Part shown: positions 56,950-64,000 of the stretch, piece by piece
Layout: every line of letters starts with the position of its first letter
Position numbering within the stretch: the first letter of the stretch is position 1
From: Eledone cirrhosa
Taxonomy: Eukaryota
Assembly (NCBI GenBank): GCA_964016885.1
Contig: OZ024751.1
Coordinates: 36,084,001 to 36,148,000 of the forward strand
Reading direction: 5' to 3'
Length of the DNA: 64,000 nucleotides
The notes under the pieces: generated by a model
Seen by the model: only the letters and a program-made list of their open reading frames with translations
Databases searched by the model: none
What the model was told of the DNA's origin: nothing
Translations under genes and position numbers: made by a program

Positions 56950-57326
56950 AACAAACAACCAACCAACAACATGTAAATAAATAAACAAATAGATAAATGA
57001 ACACAAACATACACAGACACCCGGATGTGGCGAATGCGCAAACCGAGCACACAACACACACACAGAAACAAAATGGCGTAGGACAGAAGAAAGGAAAGGC
57101 ACAGAAACAAAGAAAGGAATCCCCAGTCACTGAAGAGGTCACAGAGTGTGTGACGAAAGGATTATGACTATATATAAACAACTATCTGGTTGTGGAACCA
57201 GCCAACCAACCAGAAATTTATAAGTTTGTAGATTTGTAAATTATAAATTTATAAATATATAATAAATTGAAGTGAAAGCAACTGGTGCGTGTGTTTCTTA
57301 TTGGCAACATGACCCTCCCAAAGTAT
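56950..57326 (+). mobile_element. Probable Penelope-like element pLTR/3' fragment (or retrozyme-like unit) inserted in (TA)n
   Basis: Complex ~375-bp island between two long TA arrays. Contains the hammerhead, then AATAAA, then a short tail with 'ctggtgcgt', a motif also present in the fold-back family tail. Confidence 0.6.
57125..57169 (+). ncRNA. Type I minimal hammerhead ribozyme
   Basis: agtca-CTGAAGA-g-gtcaca-gagtg-tgtgac-GAAA-ggat-TA-tgact. Perfect 5-bp stem I, 6-bp stem II, intact core, minimal stem III. Predicted cleavage 3' of A57164. Confidence 0.8.
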
Positions 57327-57897
<571 letters not shown>

Positions 57898-57903
57898 ATT
57901 ATA

Positions 57904-58240
57904 CGCGGGGACATAGAAATAGTCGGGCTGGACACCCGATCGCGCGGTTAAACCACTGGGAGTGAAGGACCCCTAGCCTTTCTCAGGGCATTTTTCTAGG
58001 AGAAGGCAACTCAAGAAACTGGGATGACTCCAATATAAAACCTGCGGCTCAGTAGTTACCGATGATTATTGATCTTTTCTTCTTTTCGGGTTATAGCTAC
58101 TGTCGCTCAGAGAGTGGGATTGGCTCAGTGCACAGTCTTTCCTCACTTTAAAAATATCTTCACGCACAGGCATTGCACGATAGAATTAATAATGGTATAT
58201 CGTGCAATGGCCATACTCGATAACGAGGTGGCAGCCATCA
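57904..58240 (+). mobile_element. Non-autonomous bipartite RTE derivative (5' UTR + 3' terminus, ORF deleted)
   Basis: 57904-58180 matches the reverse complement of ~37638-37914 (roughly 90-93% by manual count). 58202-58240 matches the reverse complement of 33511-33549 with one mismatch. Followed by a long (TA/TACA)n tail. Confidence 0.92.
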
Positions 58241-58952
<712 letters not shown>

Positions 58953-60343
58953 AGTATTTGAGTGTTTCTATACTCACATACATATATATATACACATGGA
59001 GATACATAAAATTGATATGCATGAGTTTTGTGCATTGTTTCAATCTATTGTGTTGTAGTCATGTAATAATATTTGCCTAAAGGTGTCTCGTGAAAACTTA
59101 TATAATAGTTTAGACAAGAAATGTAATTTATATCATGAATGAAGAAGGCAAGCCGTTTGTCAAAATCTATCCTAATCGACATCCTGACCATAGCACTGCT
59201 ATATCGGTATTGTTATTAAAATGAGAAAGGTGATATATAACTCTCTAGAATACTAACTATACACCCCTGCTAATGTTAACATTTGTACGTTATTTTCTTT
59301 TCTATCTTTTCATTTTGTATTTTGTTAACAACATTGACATATCATTTCAAAGATGGTTGCGATACAAAAGCATATATATGATGTAAACACAACAAATAAA
59401 ACCCAAGAAACGAACAAAAAAGAAAAAAAAATGAATGAAATTTTGGCTAAAAAGTATCAGATTTGAGAATTAATATCACGTTTTTGATAAACAGCATACA
59501 TTTCAGACCAAGCAGCATCTGAAAACGATGTGCATATAAATATATACTTATATTGCAGACGATAGATAATCTAGATGTCACCATTTTATCATTTTTCGTG
59601 CTATAAACATTCCTCTGTATTTAAATTGTAATTGTATTCTAGTTTGCTTCTGTCATGTGTATATTTATATATATTTATAAGGTGATATGTATGTACGATA
59701 TAAATTAAAAGTTGTTTAACTATGTTTGAAAGGTTGTCTATACATAATAAAGAGTTCTGATTATTAATTTCCTGCTATAGCGCAGTTAATATCCTATATA
59801 TTATACATATATGCATATCTAAATGAATCCAAATACACACATAGACACATACATACACAGAAGCACACGTGCGCGTGTAAACGCTCATATTAATATATTT
59901 ATGTATGAAATATGTACGTGTATATGTGTGTGTTTATATGTCTACATTCAAATGTTCACTGAATCGAAATGAACTGTGACAGTGATGGTTTAAGTGAAAC
60001 GGGATAAGATGATTAAATGTGTTTCTTCAAGGCTTCTATATCTCTGTCTCCCAATAGATACAAACGTGCAAGGAGCACGATGTTCGTATAAACTAAACAT
60101 ATTGAAATAATAAAACGGTACCATATTTCATGAGATCTGACAATACCTAGCAGGGGAGCTATGTAGCGTTTTATTGTGTTACCGTAATTATTTTGATATT
60201 AGACGCTATGTAATTATCTTATGCTATCAGCAAATCTCTTTAGCACGTTTTCAACCCATCACTTATATTTATGAAGCTAGTGTAGGGTGTAGATGTACTT
60301 CTGTCTGGGAAGGCAATTCCAATGGTGTTATTGCTGATGGATT

Positions 60344-60749
60344 GGCGGTGGATTGACTGTATCAGTAGAGGGTCGGATGCCATGCTTTCCAGCATAGTTA
60401 CGTCCCTTTACGATCTGAGTTCAAATCCCGCCGAGGTTAACTTTGCCTTTCATCCTTACGGGGTCGATAAAATAAAGTACCAGTAATACACTGGTGAATT
60501 GCTGGCCTTGTGCCAAAAGTAGAACCAATTATTATGTAACATATAAGGCGGTGGATTGGCTGTATCAGTAGAGGGTCAGACGCCACGCTTTCTAGCATAG
60601 TTATGTCCCTTTATGATCTGAGTTCAAATCCCGCCGAGGTTAACTTTGCCTTTCATCCTTACGGGGTTGATAAAATAAAGTACCAGTAATGTACTGGGTA
60701 ATTGCTGGCCTTGTGCCAAAAGTAGAACCAATTATTATGTAACATATAA
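60344..60749 (+). mobile_element. Head-to-tail dimer of SINE family 1 (2 x ~203 bp)
   Basis: Units 60344-60546 and 60547-60749, each ending attattatgtaacatataa. Confidence 0.92.
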
Positions 60750-61274
60750 ATCTGGGAAGACAACTGTAGATCTGACGACCAAGGTTATAATGTTATGTTA
60801 TGTTATACAGTGTTTTGTTGGGTTATAGTCTTTTGCTGACTATTGTAACAATATGACCATTGCCAAACGCAACTGTGATGTGAACGTCACGATATATTGT
60901 GTACTGCAGTTTCTATTGATGTGTATATGTGTTGTGTTGGTATATGTGTGTGTTTTATTGATGTATATTTCTGTTGTATAGATATATGTATGTGATGGGT
61001 TAGTGTATGTATGTGATGTGTTAGTATATATATATATGTGTGTTGTATTAATGTATATATCTGTGTATTGATGTATATATGTGCTGTGTTGGTATATATA
61101 TATATATATGTGATGTATGTGATGTGTTGGTGTGTGTATGTGTTGTGCTAGCGTACGTATCTATTGTGTTGATATATGTGTGTTGTATTAATGTATTGTA
61201 TAGATGTATGTATGTGTTGTTTTGGTGTATATGTGTGGGTGGGAAACAGATTTCCTAATGTGAACATGAATTGT

Positions 61275-61461
61275 AATAATAATTGTTTCTACTTTTGGCA
61301 CAAGGCCAGCAATTACCTAGTGTATTACTGGTACTTTATTTTATCGACCCCGTAAGGATGAAAGGCAAAGTTAACCTCGGCGGGATTTGAACTCAGATTG
61401 GAAAGGGCCGTAACTCTATGCGTCAAAGCATGGCGTCCAACCCTCTACCGATACTGTCAAT
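61275..61461 (-). mobile_element. SINE family 1
   Basis: Reverse complement of the consensus, nearly full length. Confidence 0.9.
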
Positions 61462-61740
61462 GCCACAAGGGCTGACATCAAGAAAAACATTACAGACGGC
61501 ACAGGACGGTACGACGTGGGTTTTGTTCGTGTAAAGATTTTTATTATTTATATAAGAAAAGAAAAAGAGAAAAGACATAGAAACATATATATATAAACAA
61601 TAAAAATGAAAATTGAAACAATGAAAAATTCCCCAATAGGGGGGGAAACCTCCGAGGATTACTCGTGGTGAAAACCACACAAAAGAACACGGCCACCCTG
61701 ACCACCAGGGCAAGCGACCTCTCTAAAATGTTTCCATTTC
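61462..61740 (-). mobile_element. Possible LINE 3' UTR fragment abutting the SINE
   Basis: Minus strand has a GC-richer block, then a T-rich tract, then 'gtcagcccttgtggc', like octopod LINE/SINE 3' ends as I recall them. No ORF support. Confidence 0.35.
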
Positions 61741-62017
61741 TCAAACTACAGGCGTATATTCAGAGCGGTTTTTCACTCCAACCATTCTCGCTACATTCAC
61801 CCACCTTTCAACAAACTTGCTAGAAAGCAGCACTTGCCTCTCCACCCTCATTTTCCTCTTCAAGTGAAACATTAATAATAATGATATTGATAATAATAGT
61901 GGTGTTGATGTTGATGAAGATTATGGTGAGAGTGATGGTAATAAAAATGTTGATTATTATGGTGATGGCGATTATGATGATGATGATGGTGTTGATTTGA
62001 TGACTATTATAAAAATG

Positions 62018-62225
62018 ATTACTAATTTAGGCACAAGGCCAGCAATTTGGGGAGAGGGGAAAGTCGATTAAATTGACCCCAGTGCATTACTGGTACTTTA
62101 TTTTATCAACCCCGTAAGGATGAATTGCAAAGCTAGCCCAGACTGGATTTGAAATCAGAAGGCTAAGGGCTGTAACTCTATGGCACACAGCATGTTGTCG
62201 GACACTCTACCGATACTGCCAATTT
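62018..62225 (-). mobile_element. SINE family 1 (long variant)
   Basis: Reverse complement of the consensus with the aagtcgattaaattgacccc block. Confidence 0.88.
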
Positions 62226-62391
62226 ATCAGATTTTAATGATGATGATGAGGATGATGGTAATGGTGTTGATCATTATGGTGATGATGATGATGATGGTGA
62301 CGAAGTGATGGTGATATCAAATGGAAAACATGGTGCATATAAGTGTGATGATGATGTTAAGAGTGTAACAACGACAATGATGGATGTGGGG

Positions 62392-63104
62392 AGGAAGGTG
62401 GTCGTAATGATGGCGGTGTTGTGAGGAAGGTGGTCGTAATGATGGCGGTGTGGTGAGGAAGGTGGTCGTAATGATGGCGGTGTGGTGAGGAAGGGGGTCA
62501 TAATGATGGCGGTGTTGTGAGGATGGCGGTGTTGTGAGGAAGGTAGTCGTAATGATGGCGGTGTTGTTAGGATGGCGGTGTTGTGAGGAAGGTGGTCATA
62601 ATGATGGCGGTGTGGTGTGGAAGGGGGTCATAATGATGGCGCTGTGGTGGGGAAGGGGGTCATAATGATGGCGGTGTTGTGAGGAAGGGAGTCGTAATGA
62701 TGGCGGTGTGGTGGGGAAGGTGGTCGTAATGATGGCGGTGTGATGGGGAAGGTGGTCGTAATGATGGCGGTGTTGTGAGGAAGGTGGTCGTAATGATGGC
62801 GGTGTGGTGTGGTGGGGAAGGTGTTCGTAATGATGGCGGTGTGGTGTGGTGGGGAAGGTGGTCGTAATGATGGCGGTGTGGTGTGGTGGGGAAGGTGGTC
62901 GTAATGATGGCGGTGTGGTGTGGTGGGGAAGGTGGTCGTAATGATGGCGGTGTGGTGTGGTGGGGAAGGTGTTCGTAATGATGGCGGTGTGGTGTGGTGG
63001 GGAAGGTGGGCGTAATGATGGCGGTGTGGTGTGGTGGGGAAGGTGGGCGTAATGATGGCGATGTTGTGGGGAAGGTGGTCGTAAAGATGGCGATGTGGTG
63101 TGGA
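62392..63104. repeat. Minisatellite with 30/35-bp units: GGAAGGTGGTCGTAATGATGGCGGTGT(GGTGT)GGTG
   Basis: About 20 well-conserved tandem units. Confidence 0.92.
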
Positions 63105-64000
63105 AAACTATGCATGCATGTAAGAATAAGACCGTACGATAACGATAGTCAGAGAATAATGGCGACGATGATGTTAAAATGATGACGATGGCGATGGGGA
63201 TATTAATGAGGAGAAGGAAGAGGAAGAGGAGGAGGAGGAGAAGGAAGAGGGAGATAAGGATTGAAGAAATAAGTATGATTAGCTTTAGTCATGTCTTTAC
63301 AATTTCATATAAATATTCCAACCTTAACACGGTACAAGGGAAAACGCCATCTGAGTAAAAGATTCATCTATACGCGAGGGACCATTATCGTTGTAGATAT
63401 ATATATGTATATATTTATATTTCTAATAATATATCTTTATGTACACAATGTACATAGTATTTTACATAATATTTTATTAGCATAATATTCGCTATTTATT
63501 AAAGGCCATAATAGCACGAGGTAGAAATATGGCATTTACATAATACATAAATAACAATTATTTTTCTTTCTTCGCCAAATGTCATAGGAAGTGGTCCCCA
63601 AATATTGCATGCAGATTCATGCCAGTTAGTTTTGTCTTGTTTCATAAGGACATGGCGTATTGTAACCATTAACAATTATCTCTCTGGAGGCATTCCATGC
63701 ACGACTTGAGACAGGTTTGCACGAGGATTTTCTTAAAGGAATTAACTGATGAGGAAGAGGAGACTTTCAGGAAATAAACCAGAATCGCAATTCTTTAAAC
63801 ATGTTTAGCCTGTGTTTAAAAAAGCAGACAGTTTGGCATGTACAGCCATTTTGTATTTGTTGTTAACGTAGTAGGAGAGATAAGATCTTAAGAATTAAAG
63901 CTGAAGAACATTTCAAATAAGGCGATGTTGTTACTATATGTTGTTTATCGTCGTTGAAATATTAGTAAAACTACACATGTACATATTCATATTAAAATAT

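Noticed and set aside
62392-63104. CRISPR-like regular repeats, or a Pro/His/Thr-rich protein (ORF 62660-63115)
   Set aside because: No unique spacers and eukaryotic context; 35-bp units shift the reading frame. It is a plain minisatellite.

Overview
AT-rich eukaryotic (animal) DNA, dominated by (TA)n/(CA)n/(GATA)n microsatellites and transposon debris. The SINE families resemble those I know from octopod cephalopods (inference). I cannot confidently call any host protein-coding gene, and nearly all short ORFs in the track are microsatellite translations. Main contents: (1) an apparently full-length RTE-clade LINE on the minus strand (~33511-37915) with one intact 1181-aa ORF: APE endonuclease, reverse transcriptase and three C-terminal C2H2 fingers. 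(2) A 337-bp non-autonomous partner at 57904-58240, made only of that LINE's 5' UTR and 3' terminal motif joined through an inverted repeat. (3) A population of short elements inserted in (TA)n tracts that carry whole or half type-I hammerhead ribozymes and fold-back inversions ending at a fixed point, most likely 3' ends of Penelope-like elements. The best-preserved hammerhead is at 57125-57169. (4) Many tRNA-derived SINEs of two families, a Tc1/mariner-type MITE, a recent 220-bp inverted duplication and two minisatellites. All alignments and folds were done by eye.
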